A stretch of DNA of 63,988 bases, counting the filler, from Circinaria calcarea (lineage: Eukaryota), in assembly GCA_051942165.1 (NCBI GenBank). It is 6 parts of 6 records of this genome, joined end to end, with 100 filler letters (N's around TTAATTAATTAA, not from the genome) between each part and the next. Parts side by side here need not be neighbours in the genome. Positions count along the whole stretch, not along the records: positions 43,542 to 54,312 come from JAVECS010000763.1; positions 54,413 to 63,988 come from JAVECS010000912.1; 4 more parts are not named here. One strand, given 5' to 3'. Below the pieces are notes generated by a model. That model did not search any database and had not been told where the DNA came from. It saw only the letters and a program-made list of their open reading frames with translations. A program made the position numbers and the translations under genes. Positions 48,324 through 61,138 of the stretch are shown here, piece after piece (the first letter of the stretch is position 1; every line of letters begins with the position of its first letter).

Positions 48324-50342
48324 ATGCATTACCCGACTAGCGTCCATATACGTCCCGCCGAAAATAGCTGGGCGCTCTACCCCAATAATATAGCCAGCGA
48401 ACACCCATTTTATGATAACCGTCGCCTCTACAGCCAGCGTTTACAAAATGATGAGCAGCGCCTTTTCTCGTATGGCGAATCGAACCTAGAGGTGTTACTG
48501 GTTCAGAAGCCAGAAGACTCGAAAAGGTAATTTGTCACCATATCAGGTCAATATCTTGGCTCATAAAATAGGTCCCATAGGTCTCTTCTGAGTATACGCA
48601 AGGTTCATATTCAGGATGTGGATAGTCTCGAAAACATGCTTTCCATTCTTAGTGGACAGCTTGCAATTCCAGGGCAACAAAACCGTGATGAAATCGTGCA
48701 CCGAATGCATAGCAATATTTCTGGAGCGATTTTGTAAGTAACTCTACTCGTTGGTCATGTACTATTTACGCATTACGGCTTTCTGGGTGGCTGACAAAGG
48801 TGGCTCCCAGTATTCTTCGTCAGGATTGTACATGGGGCCGCTTCAGTATTACGCCCGAAATGTTCAAGCGGCTCGTTGCACGCATTGGTGTTTTCCCACT
48901 GTTTTTAGACTTCGTGCACGCCTTTGGATTTAAGCTTAGAGAGGAAGATGAGCAGTATGGAGGCTATCACCAGCGTATATACCGCTGCAACGATAATGGA
49001 TCTCAAGTAAGCAATTCGTCCTTTGGTAAGCAGATACATATTAAAGTCGTTCTTCGCTTCGCTTCTTTCCATCCATATAAGCTGCTCATTGTTGCAAAGA
49101 GTTAGCCTACAATATCCGCTACGCAGGCAAGCACGGAAGGGACCAAAGGAATCCATGGTCTATCCGGCATATGGCGGTATATCAAAAGTATGATTGCATA
49201 ACAAGGTCTTCAACATGGATTCTTCTGCAACCGTCGAGTGAAGTCTATGAACAGCTCCAGGAGAGTGCAACCAGCTTTTCGAGTGGGTATGAGTCTAGCG
49301 GATCTGAGATATTTCTGCATCTACTATTTTTATGGAGCACCGAAAATAATTGGAGGGAATATATTAATTATTTAGAGCAAGAGGTGCGTTACATGGTAAG
49401 TTTAGGTCGTATAATATCGTTTTGCAAGTTTCAATAGTCCTTATCCCTGACAAACTAATAACAACTGACTGGAGAGGCTTCGAAGGAAGAAAAAGCACTT
49501 TTCTCTAGTGTTGAGAGAATGCACACCATTGACTACGCCGTGGCATTTGCCGATTGCCAAGATCTTCAGCGTCTTTGCAAGACGATATTGAAGTGTCAGG
49601 CAATATTGGATACAACTCATGAAATCGCGACAGGCTACGAAAGGCTATTGCAAGGACTCAAAGCTTCTGGAGCGGTTTTAGCTGACAGCATGGACATATT
49701 TCAAGTCGAGACATATAAATCGCATATTCGGAACCACTGTCTGAATGCGAAGAAACTATCAAAATGGGCGGATGGTATTTCGATGATCGTAAGTTGTCGA
49801 CAAGAATGGGAAGCTGTGGACTGTCCAGAAATCTAACAGAGTATGTTTAGTTTTCCCAGATGCTAAAATATCGACACGACGAACTTCTTATCTTAAACGG
49901 CAAAGCGATCCACGAGAGCAGCGAAAGCATGCGCGAAATTGCGGCCTCCGCAAAGGAAGAAAACAAAGCTGTCGGTTTTCTTTTCGCTGAAGCACAGAAA
50001 GATTCTCGTACAGTCAAGGTCCTCACCTTTGTAGCTATGCTGTATCTACCAGCTACCCTCATTGCGGTAGGCATATCTTATAACCCATCTCATGGATATC
50101 TACTTGCCGTAAGAAGTGACAGTGGTATTGACATATATGGGCGACAGACAATTTTCAGCTCTAGCTTGGTTCGAATCCCACCTGTGCAAGACGAGACTTG
50201 GCCGGGACTGCGGCTTACAAAGGCCTTCTGGCTGTACACAGTTGCAACATTTGCCCTCACGACTATTACTCTACTCCTGTACATCGTGTGGAATCGGTGG
50301 CGTAGCTGGTTGCGTTACACACCCTGTCCGTCATTGCCTTAA
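48324..50342 (+). CDS. CorA-like membrane protein (multi-exon)
   Basis: Exons give Q..TWGRF.IT..MF..L.....VFP.FLDFVHAFG, YNIRY......PWSIR.MAVYQ.Y, H.......NWR.YI..LE, and long helices. The C-terminus DSRTVKVLTFVAMLYLPATLIA|TIFSS...FWLY..AT..LT..T matches the CorA two-TM end. Confidence 0.8.
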
Positions 50343-51049
50343 CCACGCAGCATTCTCCCACATAAGCACTCGTGACTTCCGACTGTAGACACTTGGTAAA
50401 ATTTATACCGATACTGGGCTTCCAGGAGGAGAAGGAAGGTTGAATAGGAATATCATCCGGTTTTCACGTCATGGAGGACGGATTTTGGTAGGGTTGACTC
50501 GAGGAGTGCTACCTATCCTCGGTTACTCAAAACCGGTGAGTTGGGTCGATCCTTCACCGCGATAGATTGATTCTCAAGAAATGAGTCGGCATGACTAACT
50601 GAAAGGATGGATAGCAGTGAAAGAGATGGAGGTTTTCCGAAATGGGTGATTTGTCCAGTTTTCACGTCGTGGTGGATGTTCCATGATCCTCTGATCAGAC
50701 CTTCTATACAATTCAGAAGGCCTCAGCTACTTCTCGAATAGAACTGTTTTTAAACATTCAGCGTGTGCCTAAAACTGTTAGATAGACTACTACACCCGGG
50801 CTTGTAATCTTTTGAAATCCGGTAGACAGCCGATGCATTGATTATGTAAAAGGCCTGCTAAATAAATGCTAAGAAAAAGATTAGGGACGATTTTCAATAA
50901 ATCTAACATGCAGTGTAATGCCGAGTGCCTTTTAGCTCTCCATTTTAATTTGATGTAATACTCAGGGATGAGAACCAAACATAATGAACAAGGAGGTAGA
51001 AAAGTTCCTCAAGCACACCGCGGGTTATGATTAAAACGTGTAAAAAACC

Positions 51050-53850
51050 TCAAATACCAAGCGAGGCTGTCACAGCTGATAGTAGTCCATCACGATCGGA
51101 CCATGATTCTCCTGTCCATTTGTCCAATAAGTTGATCCGGCCCAAGGTGTAGGGGTTTTCGGGGCCGAGGACTGCTATCGACAATCTTATAGCTTCTGAC
51201 AACAATTGAACAAACTCTTCCATTCGATTCTGCCCCATGTACGTTACCACCAGATGGATCATACTAATCAACGTGTCTGGATGATCCTCACCTAGTAATC
51301 TTTTGCGTGTGTCTAATACATGCACATTCAGTTTTTCTGCCTCTTGCCACTTTTGCTCATTGCAGAAATAAAATGCTAGGTCGTGCATGCCAGATAGCGT
51401 GCTAAGGTGTTCTTCGCCTAGTTGTTTTTGTTGTATTTCAACCCTTCGCATTGCTAGTTTCGCCGCTTCCGAGAAGTTTCCTTGAAGATTATAAGCTGTA
51501 ATCACGTCTTCCATTTCTGCCAACGTGTCGGGATACTCTCCTCCAAATATCCCTTTCTTGATCTCCATCCAACGCATGTGTAATTCCTCTGCCTCTCGCC
51601 GTTTCCCCTCTTTGCCGTAGTATCTTGCTAGAGATTGTATGCTTCGCAAAGTGTCGGGATGTTCCTGACCTAGAGAGCCTTCTCTTATTGTCAGTACTTT
51701 TAATTCCGTCTCTCCCGCTTTTCTCCATTTCCCTTGAAGTGAATAGATGTAGGCCATGACCTCCATACTTTCGCATGTCGTAAGGGCTTTCTCGCCTAAA
51801 ACTCTTCGCAGTTTCTTTAGAGCCTGTGAATTCAGCTGTTCTGCCTCATTGCACTTCCCTTGACGGGCATATAGTACCGCTAGGTTGCTCATACTTATTA
51901 ACGTAGAAGGATGTTCTTCACCCAAAATTCGCTCTCTAGTTCTCATTATTTTGTTTAACAGCTCCTCCGCCTCTTCAAAGCGCTCTTGACCAATATAGGC
52001 CTTTGCTAAATTGGCCATAATATCCAATGAACCAGGATTCTCTCCACTCTGTGCTCTCGCTTCTTGCTCCAACCTTTGAAGCGCCAGCTGTTCTAATTCT
52101 TCCCAATTTTCTTTCAAGCCCAGAATCATCATCAAACTTGATTTTAGACTGGTAGTAACGTAAGACTCAGCTCCTAGGATATTTTCTGCGTCTCTTATTT
52201 CTCTTTTAATCTCCAGCTCGGCTCTGTCAAGTTGTCCCTGGTTACGGTAGGCTTGAGCAACGTTGATTGAAAAAAAACTTCCTTCGCTTTCCACTAGGTC
52301 CGCAAAGCTATGAGTTCGAAGATACATATACATTCCGCTTTTTCTCATCAAGCTGAGCCTGGATTCGATGTCCTCAGGGCGCATCGTACTTTGACGAAGT
52401 AAACTTTGGGACTTGTTATCATCCAAAGGGACGCCGAATCCAATTTTATAGCAGAGAGCAAGTTGGAATGCCGCATTTTGTGCTTCATGGGAAGACGCAG
52501 AATTTATAAGCCTTTTCTCCAAGCATGCAGCAATATAAGGACGGACTCGAAAATCTGCCGGATAAAGTTGTTCGTATAACAAATCGAGCTAATAGAAATA
52601 AATATACATTTCATTAATAAAGGTTTAAAATAGGTATTCTGAGCCTACCTGAAAAGTTTCTTGGGGCGGTGCTTCACGGTCTTCTGTTAGTTTTGAAATA
52701 TCGAGCGCTGAGGCACTACTAGTAGTTAGTAATATTTATATCTTAAGATGAATAATGCGTCTTACAAATGAGGCATTAGTAATTTCGTAAGCTGCCATAC
52801 ATCTAGGCTTCGCTCTTGGGGATCAATTGCTAGCGTCAACTCAAAGAATCGATTAAGGCGACTTTTTTCTTGATCGTTTAATTCCCCGAGTTTCACTATT
52901 GACTTTTGAGCGAAGCTCAAATTTCTCTCTTCTGGCTTAATGCTATTCTCAAAACCAGCGTGTATATCTTTTTGGCAGTTGTAAAACAAAATCCACAAAC
53001 AAAGCAAGCCGAATGAAAATACATCCATTCTCAAGGCGTCAGCGATGCTAAAAGCGCGGTGATGCCATTCTGGAGCCGTCCATTGAAGAGTTCTTGGCAT
53101 ATATACCAACTTATCAGCATTCGCATACCAGGAAGAATACCCAAAATCTGTCATTTTCGCAACGTAGTAATCATCGGAATCGCTCCTAAAGATAAGAACG
53201 TTTTCAGGCTTTATGTCTCCATGGATAATACCTAATTCTTAATTAGCTTGGATATAACTTCCCAATCAAGTCTTCGAATATATACTGACTGAATGCATAG
53301 CTGCTATTGCCGAAGCAATATTGATGCAAAGAGCAAATTTGGAATCGAGATTCAGCTCCACTCTTGAATCTTGTATAAATGTCTGCAAATCCCCGTGGTT
53401 CGATTTTTTGAACACCAAAACCGGCCAGACAATCTCGATCTCGGAATCTACGTCCCAGCATATTCCCTCTAGCGTAACAATGTTTGGATGATCCCGAATC
53501 GATCGATGACCCAAAACTCGTATCTCCGCTATAATTGTAAGGAAGATTTTGTTTGCTTCTATGCTTTCTCGAACCAGTCGATTCGAGTTGAAAACTTTGA
53601 AAGCATAGGCTACTTGACGATTGATCATGGATTGAGCTATCTCTCCCGTTGCACCTTTCCCAATACTATCTAATGCCGACTGCCATGTGATCGGAAGAAA
53701 ATCGATCCCAATATTTTGAGCGATCTCAATAAAAGTCAAAAAATCAGAAGATGTGTCTGTGGTGGGGTAATCTGCTAGGGCGGCACTTTGCGAAGCCTTC
53801 CCTGAGTTGGTGAAGGATATTAAAAGGTCAGAATGTTCCAGCGCTGACAT
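51050..53850 (-). CDS. Ser/Thr kinase - TPR repeat protein
   Basis: Kinase motifs IGKGATGEI, AFK, HPNIV.LEG, HGDIKPENVL, TDFG, WTAPE, DVFSFG across introns. The C-terminal exon holds ~42-aa TPR repeats (LGEEHPSTL.SM.NLA). Confidence 0.85.
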
Positions 53851-54256
53851 TCTCGAGGTGTTGCCGCTTAGCACTATGTGAGGGAAGGATGCGATGTGGT
53901 TGATTGATTGATCAAGTGCAAAAGGCTGTGACACGCTGGTTCTGCGGTCCTTCGTGAGATGCCTTCAGATAGGATTACCGCCAAGCTAGACTCAATGCAG
54001 CTAAGCCCCGAGTACATGGATTTACATGCCAAGTACCATGCATTTGACTTCTTTCTTTATTCTGGTCACTTCTTCTAGCTAATCAGCACCCCCCCTTCAG
54101 GCACCCTTCAGGAAACCCTTCCCAGACCCCTTCTTAGATCCCTTTCCCGTTGTTCCTGTTGCCCAACTTAAGCGGGCCTTCCATGGGTTCCTTTCTTATT
54201 CGTCTACGTATTGGGCTGCATGTTTGGCTGCAAGTTTAGATGAAAGGTCGAACGAG

Positions 54257-54312
54257 CCACGTGAGAGCACTAAGGGGCTGAGGGCGAGCAGCCCCTTAGT
54301 GCTCTCACGTGG
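54257..54312. repeat. Perfect 24-bp inverted repeat (8-nt loop) ending at the contig end
   Basis: CCACGTGAGAGCACTAAGGGGCTG-AGGGCGAG-CAGCCCCTTAGTGCTCTCACGTGG. Confidence 0.9.
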
Positions 54313-54412
54313 NNNNNNNNNNNNNNNNNNNNNNNNNNNNNNNNNNNNNNNNNNNNTTAATTAATTAANNNNNNNNNNNNNNNNNNNNNNNNNNNNNNNN
54401 NNNNNNNNNNNN
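54313..54412. other. Artificial contig linker
   Basis: N44-TTAATTAATTAA-N44. Confidence 0.98.
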
Positions 54413-55373
54413 TATAAAAATATAATCTCTATTTATCGAAGCTATTTATGAACGTAACTCAGCCCTATAGGGCATGGTTCTAAATCTCAACACTATGGGT
54501 CACATGACTCACCCTCGCGGGGCTTGGCTCTAAGGCTCAAACCGTGATAATATTATTTTAATTATTTTAAATAATATAATTATATACTCGATATGATTAA
54601 ATGGCGTTAAGTTTTATTCTAGCCATAACCCCTTCGCTATATAGATTTATCGTAAATTGGGCTATAGCTATAAGTCGTGCGAAAAAGTTTACCCAGTTTA
54701 TAAGCTTTAATTACGTTGCGTTGTGATTATATTTCAAAAATTTGATTTGAGCTATGTGAGGTTGGTCCCCCGTAGCGCTATTAGATACACAGTGCCAAGG
54801 CGGAAACTTCATCTCCAAGCGTTTAGTCTAGAGACTTGGGTGGGAGTCATCGATCTCCCTCGACTTCAAAGTCCCCGATCTATTAGATGCCGGCGGCCAC
54901 GACATCGATGTTTGTGGGTGATCAATCTTTAGTGGAAGTGGGCCATCAAGGCTGAGAGAATCTGTTCTTGCTGCTTCTTTCTGTTCACTCTATCAGATCA
55001 TCTAAACATATTCTTGGGGATAGGCTGTATTGTACAGGAGAATCTTGTTTCCGTAAACGAGGGCGCAGTTGCCCCCGTTAACAAAGCACAAGAAGATCAA
55101 AGCAAGTAAGTGGTAGAATCAAAGCGCCTAGTGTCCCAAAATTATCGATTCTGATCTCAAGTGTATATAGGTAAGAAAGCTGCAATCGCTCTTCCAGAAG
55201 AGGAACAACGATAAGAGAAAGCTGCTTTGGAAATACAGAAGTTGAAGCAGCAGCAACAACAGCAGGCAACAAACTCAACTGTAGCCTGGTTCATAAGTAT
55301 CTTGTAGTAGAAGCTGTTTCAAGTGTTCGCGTTCATAGGTGTAACAAGGTTTTCGAGACTTGTATACCATCAA

Positions 55374-58303
55374 TCATGTCAAGCCAAATATACGGCCCAT
55401 ATCCCAAATGCTCCAGCCACGCTTTTCGCTTATAATTGCATTGAGTTCATCTGCTCTACCTCCAAAGAGCTCTTTTAGTAATTCTGACGCAGAGTACACC
55501 ACGGGCACGTCGATCTGGACAGTAGTGATGTTATTTCCATAAGTAACGGGGCGTTTATATTTCGCAGTTGTTCCCGTGGTACCTTGACTGCCGTCTCCCT
55601 TGGTGATGGTTTCCTTGCGAGTAGTCTCGAGCTTCAGCCTTCGGTCGGCACCCTTTCTGATCATCAACTCGGCTGCCTGATACCAGGTGTTCTGGGTTTG
55701 CGTATCAGCGACGTCCTTCCTCTGGTAGCATGAAAGTAGGAATAAGCCCCAGACTGTGATGCCGTCATATATAGATACCTTTTGGTTAGCGTCAGATCCT
55801 CGGTTCAGAAGCATGTCAACCATCTTGAAGTCGATATATTCCACCAAATGTGGCAATTGTGTCGGTGTCACGAGATTTGGCCTCAGGGCATAGTCCAGAA
55901 GAGGTCGGCCACGCTTTGCGCCCATTAGCTTAGGTGTGCTATCCAGCTTTTGCGTTACATATAGCTGTAGGCGTGCCTGGATTGTAAGCGCGAGGAAGCT
56001 ATTACAACCTTCTTCTTCGAAGCAGAGCCCTGAAGGGGGATCCCGAGCATTCGTCCAGTGATCAGCCATGTCTACTTTTGCGTAGGTCTCCACAACACTA
56101 TCGAGCGCTTCAAGGATGTTGGCTTCTGATGCCTTCAGTTCTTTCTCAACCATGAAAGCATAGAACATTAACTCATCAACCAATGTAAAAACAAAGTTGA
56201 GTCCAGCCTGAAGACCCCTTGGTAGTGGAATACTTTTAATGCGAACAAGCATTGCCTTGCATAGCGATTGATACGCATTCCAATCAACAGTACCATCATC
56301 TGTCGCACGTTGCAATAGCTGACCATGTATGTCTTTGGTCATCAAGAAATCTCTGACGGTACGGTGTAGGAAGTCAACTCTATAATCTACAAAAGAGCCG
56401 TCCATGACAACTTTGTTGACCTCAAGCAAATCCTTGCACAGAAAGTTAAGGCGCTCTCGTACCTCTTCGTATATCTTGAATAGCTCATTTTCGGAGAGAG
56501 GCTCTAATGCCCCTTTGAGTGCATACCCGGAGTCTTCTTCCTCTTTTCTGAGGTACTGATATAATGCCACAGAGAGTGGTTGTACGGCATATGTAGTGAG
56601 TAGGAAGATCTGCGCAGACTCTTTCTGATATGCTTCGTCAAATCCATTAAATATCTTCCGAAAGTACTCTCCTAGGGTTTTAGGCATGCTATTCAGCTTT
56701 TTCTGGAGATCCTCCAATTTGTTTCTCTCGCCCAGTCCTTTCAGGATGCTGGTGACAACCAACTGTACCCAGAGAAATACACCGTTAGCTTTATCGATCA
56801 CATCTTGCACGAATATCTTGTATCGTGGGTCATTCCGTTCGGCATTCGAGAAAGATTCGTCTGTCTCAAGTATATCTCTCACAAATCTCTCGATGTCACG
56901 TCGCGTAAACCTATGAAGCGAAAGTGTACCATCACACCGCCCATCCCCGAAAGCGCCTTCGAATTCATTCCAAGGACGGCTCGATAAACAGAGTTTGATA
57001 CTCGGAGAGTTTGCCAAACGCGTCAGAACTCGGATGATGTCACTAGGTAATCCATCATATTCATCCAATCCATCAACAAACAAGCAGAACCGTGTACTCG
57101 GCAGTGTCTGACAAGCTACTGCATCGAACGCATTGGAAAGCTCTTCACGAGTCCATGGTTCATTTCTTGCGTCGTAGGCGCTGTTATCCCCCCATCGGGT
57201 CGAACAAACGATGGGTATAAGTTCAGGGCATTTGATCAGAATTTGATATAATAGCGATTGTAAGAGGCCTTCCTGAGATCTCTGCATAGGGGATCCAGAG
57301 CTCCAAAAATACCAGTCAGCCACAATGAGTGTCATGTCAGGACCGGCCCATTGTTGCAGATACTCTCGGGTCCGAGGGTGAGTACATAAAAATTTGATGA
57401 GAGTTGATTTCCCAGACCCGGCTTTGCCGCTAATCCAATAAATGCCATTCTGAGATCGTAGCCACATCTTAAAGTGTGTTTTTGGGAGTGGAGAGTCGTC
57501 GGAGTCTTCAAAAATCCACTCAAATGTCTGGTTGTGGGCTTTGTCAATCGTGGTAAATCGTCGCTTCCACTCGTCGAACTTCAAGCTCTTTAAAAGCCTT
57601 TCTTCGTTCGCTATCCTTCTGCCCTCTTCAGCCAACGTCAGAAGTCTGTTCAACATCCTTTTTGTGCGGTCACTATCTTTTGCTTGGCTCTGGGCGAGAA
57701 TCTCGATTTCCCCTTGTAATTGTGCCATCATTTGTGTACTCTCAATCTGCATGGCCGTATGTTCAAGTGATATGGTATTCAACCGTAAATGTACGGCAGA
57801 GTGCTGGTTACTATGCAGAGGAAGTTAGATAAAGACCTAAGAGCTTTAGAGGGTGTGGCTACAAGCCTCATCATAGCAAGTAGCCGACTGTTGACTTGCT
57901 GCTGTATCTTATTCAGCCTAGACTCGATCTCCGTGATTTTCCCCCTTCTTCGTGCATTCTTGAAGGCCTTTCTAAAGCTTTCCCATTTGGTCGCTTGTTT
58001 TCCTACCTCTAGCTCATGAAGAACTATAAGGAGCTTATCTGCTTCCCTCTGACACGAATCTGCGAGCTCCCTTAGGGCTATATCGTCGGCGGTGGGCGAC
58101 CGCAGCGCCTCAGCTTCCTTGCCTTTCAGTTGGTTACTGAGAGCCTTTATATCTGATGTGATCTGTTTGGTTGTAACGTTTTCCTCTGTAGCACCGCTGA
58201 CGGAATGGTAAATCTCCTGGCTTTGAGAAAGCAATCGGCTTCCCCAATCGACAAATTGGATGATAGCGGCAGCGAGACTGAGGGCGGTCAGGGGATCGAG
58301 CAT
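55374..58303 (-). CDS. NACHT NLR-like protein with SesA/HeLo-like N-terminal domain and ankyrin-like C-terminus
   Basis: MLDPLTALSLAAAIIQFVDWG...C...A..L..L N-terminus; intron ~57806-57867. NACHT motifs AH.QTFEW, WISGKAGSGKST, FVDGLDE, LSSRPW, A.GVFLWV.LV, FLHRTVRDFL. C-terminal LL.RG.D.N repeats. Confidence 0.9.
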
Positions 58304-58912
58304 TGTAGACGCTAGCTCATACAGCAGAGCCCTTCAAAGATTGTACAGGACTTGTAAATATCAAATACACGGACGGCGCGCAAAGAAGGATATCTATCTC
58401 AAAATATACAAAAAGAACCCTAGGAATCATCCGCCGTGTCAGACTCCATCATAGCCAGAGCAGTACCGTGGTAGCACAGCATATGCAGCCCTACTATGCC
58501 ACGCGTGCTTACCTAGGGTCCGAAGGTACTCCGTACCACGGCATTGTCTCAGCGCCACTTCCGCAACCTCCGGAGGCCTCAGACTACGATACTAGCGTCG
58601 CAAAAAGGATTATTCCGACCCGATATTATAGCAGTCTAAGACAACGAAGCACTCGAAGGTACTACGTAGTACGGAGTACTTCGTGACGCCTGGATAATTG
58701 TACACAACATCAAGTTCTCAAGGTCCAATCAAGCTCGCAGAGCATGATGCAAATAAAGCACCGAAGAACGTTGATGATCCACTCTGGGAATAGTGTCACG
58801 CGCTTTACAGCATGGCTGGTCAGTTGAGGCCCCCCACATAATCTAAGAAGCAGCCGGATCAAAGACACTTCGCGAGTGCCCGTAGTGGGCTGCTTTCACT
58901 AGACTAACGATC

Positions 58913-60514
58913 ATGATTATAGCTGTACGTAAACAAATTCGCCGTCATGCTTTAAACCAGCTCCACGTCGCAACACAACCGCACGATAGTTGGGTTCCAC
59001 CAGTGGACGTCAGGTACGGAAATGAGACCAGGCAGCTTATAGGCGCCAGCAGAGCGTTTGATAGGCCGTGGCGCAAGGACAAGAGATGGTGGATTCGGAT
59101 GCCTGCGGGCGCTTGGCACTTCATAGTTGGACAACACCTGCCTCGAAACAGAAGCTCAGAGATCCGGCCTGCTTCGCACTGGTGGTCACGTCGAACCAAA
59201 GCAGCATTGCAGACGATTCAAATCTGGATGCTAGGCAATTGGGCACGCAGCGTACGCCAAATCTGGGCCATCCTTGCCGAGCGCTATATCAACGTCTTAT
59301 TAGTTTTTATACCACTGGCTCTCACTGCCGGATTAGTTCCTTGGTCTCCGGATGCTATCTTCGCTCTGAACTTTCTCGCCATTGTTCCCTTAGTTAACCT
59401 ACTCTGTTCTGCTTCCGAAGCCCTCACCGCGAGGCTGAACCCCGTGGTGGGCGATCTACTCGTAGCAGTAAGCGATAACTTGGTCGAGCTCGTTGTAAGC
59501 ACTCATCTGTATACTCGTGTGCCTTGTTCCAGACTGACAAAATTGCAAAAGGTTGGTATTGTGGCTCTTACTGAAGGCGAAATTCGAATTGTCCAGAGTA
59601 GCATGCTGGGTAGTGTCCTATGCTATTCTCTTCTCGTAGGTCTTTTTTAGAGACGATACTTGCTTGTTCTTCGCTGATTGATGCCACTAGGTGATGGGGT
59701 CGTGCTTTGTCCTAGCTGGCCTCAAATATCGTGAGAATTATTTCAGCTGGAACAACACTAACAGCATAGGATCCTTAGTCCTGGTTGCTGTAGTGTTCAT
59801 CGCTATACTTACAACGCTCTCCGCTACGGCCAAGATCACCGGTGAGATCTCGATGCAGCTCAGTCACGCGATCGCAATAATCCTATTGATATTATATATT
59901 ATGTACCTTTTCTTTAAGCTAAAAACCCACGCCAATTTGTTTGATGAGGACGACGAAGAAGAATTGACTCCCCCTCGGCCGTCCGATTCTGATTCTACAA
60001 CTATCTCTGGACCTATCTTAGCGAGCACGTTATACATCGGATGCATAGCCTGCTTGACCATTTGTGCAAGATACCTCATAAGAAGTCTTGCTGGTATAAG
60101 CTCCGACGTTAGTAGAACGTTCATCGGTCTTATACTCTTTCCATTTCTCGGGAATACTAGCGACTACGTATCTGCTTACACAGTCTGTCAAACAAACCGA
60201 ATGGATCTCACAATAATGGTGACCTTTGGAAGCAGCATGCAGATCTTACTTTTCACGTTACCTTGCTTAGTACTTTTGGGCTGGATTATTGGGCAGCCTT
60301 TGACGCTGCATTTTGACCTTTTCCAAACCGTCGTGCTGTTCATAGCTGTATTGATTATTACCTTCCTTGTCATTGAGGGAAAAAGCACGTATCTGAAGGG
60401 TGCAATGTGCATAGCACTGTAAGTCTCCCAAAAGCATTCAGTGAAATCGCTAAGCTTGACTGCAGTTACGCCATCATTGCGCTTGCAGCATATGTGTCTC
60501 CGGATATCGTATAG
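58913..60514 (+). CDS. Ca2+/H+ antiporter (CAX/VCX1 family), divergent
   Basis: NVLLVFIPL, F.LNFLAIVPL, N.VEL, IVQSSMLGS, F.LKTH..LF, FIGLIL.P..GN, GSSMQI.LF..P..V.LGW, G.S.YL.G. Three introns; last exon YAIIALAAYVSPDIV*. Confidence 0.88.
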
Positions 60515-60841
60515 ACTAAACACGTGACGAGCACCCAGACGTTTCTTGCCTTATTCCCAAAACGCTCTATACTCGTGCTCCATACTACGTGCTCCATGAC
60601 TCCACGGTGACGACACGAATAGAGCGCATGGCGAATTAAGTCAGCTATACGGGACCCGCATAGCACGCAGATCAGCTACACGGGGCATACAAATTTACCA
60701 ACAAACTTGCTTCGCCTTCTCTATTCTATATAGAAGCCCCGGCGGCACTACTTCGCTCATTGGCCCCCCTGCTATTCCATCTGCTACGAATCATTCGATT
60801 CGGCACGCAATCGGCTATACAGGGCCTACAAGAAGATCGGA

Positions 60842-60948
60842 AGCATACAGAGCTTCTACAGCATACAGCGCTTCTGCAGCATACAGCGCTTCTGCAGCAT
60901 ACAGAGCTCCTGCAGCATACAGAGCCTCTGCAGCATACAGAGCTTCTA
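60842..60948. repeat. 18-bp minisatellite (AGCATACAGMGCTTCTGC) x6
   Basis: Six near-identical tandem units read directly from the sequence. Confidence 0.9.
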
Positions 60949-60993
60949 ACAATGCTTCCGCCTCCTCGCAACGCTTTGCCACACGCCTGCGGT

Positions 60994-61138
60994 ATACATA
61001 TACTACGGGTTAGCCACCTACAATAGCGTTATACACATACTACGGGTTAGCCACCTACAATCGCGCTCCTCATACTACGGGGCAGCCACCTACAATAGCG
61101 CTACACATACTACGGGTCAGCCACCTACAATAGCGCTC
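60994..61138. repeat. ~35-bp minisatellite (CATACTACGGGTTAGCCACCTACAATAGCGCT core) x4
   Basis: Four imperfect tandem units. Confidence 0.88.

Noticed and set aside
51050..58303. NACHT NLR as part of the kinase-CorA cluster
   Set aside because: Separated by the 54313-54412 linker, so there is no evidence of linkage.
60994..61138. CRISPR array
   Set aside because: Repeats are directly tandem with no unique spacers, there are no cas genes, and the context is eukaryotic.
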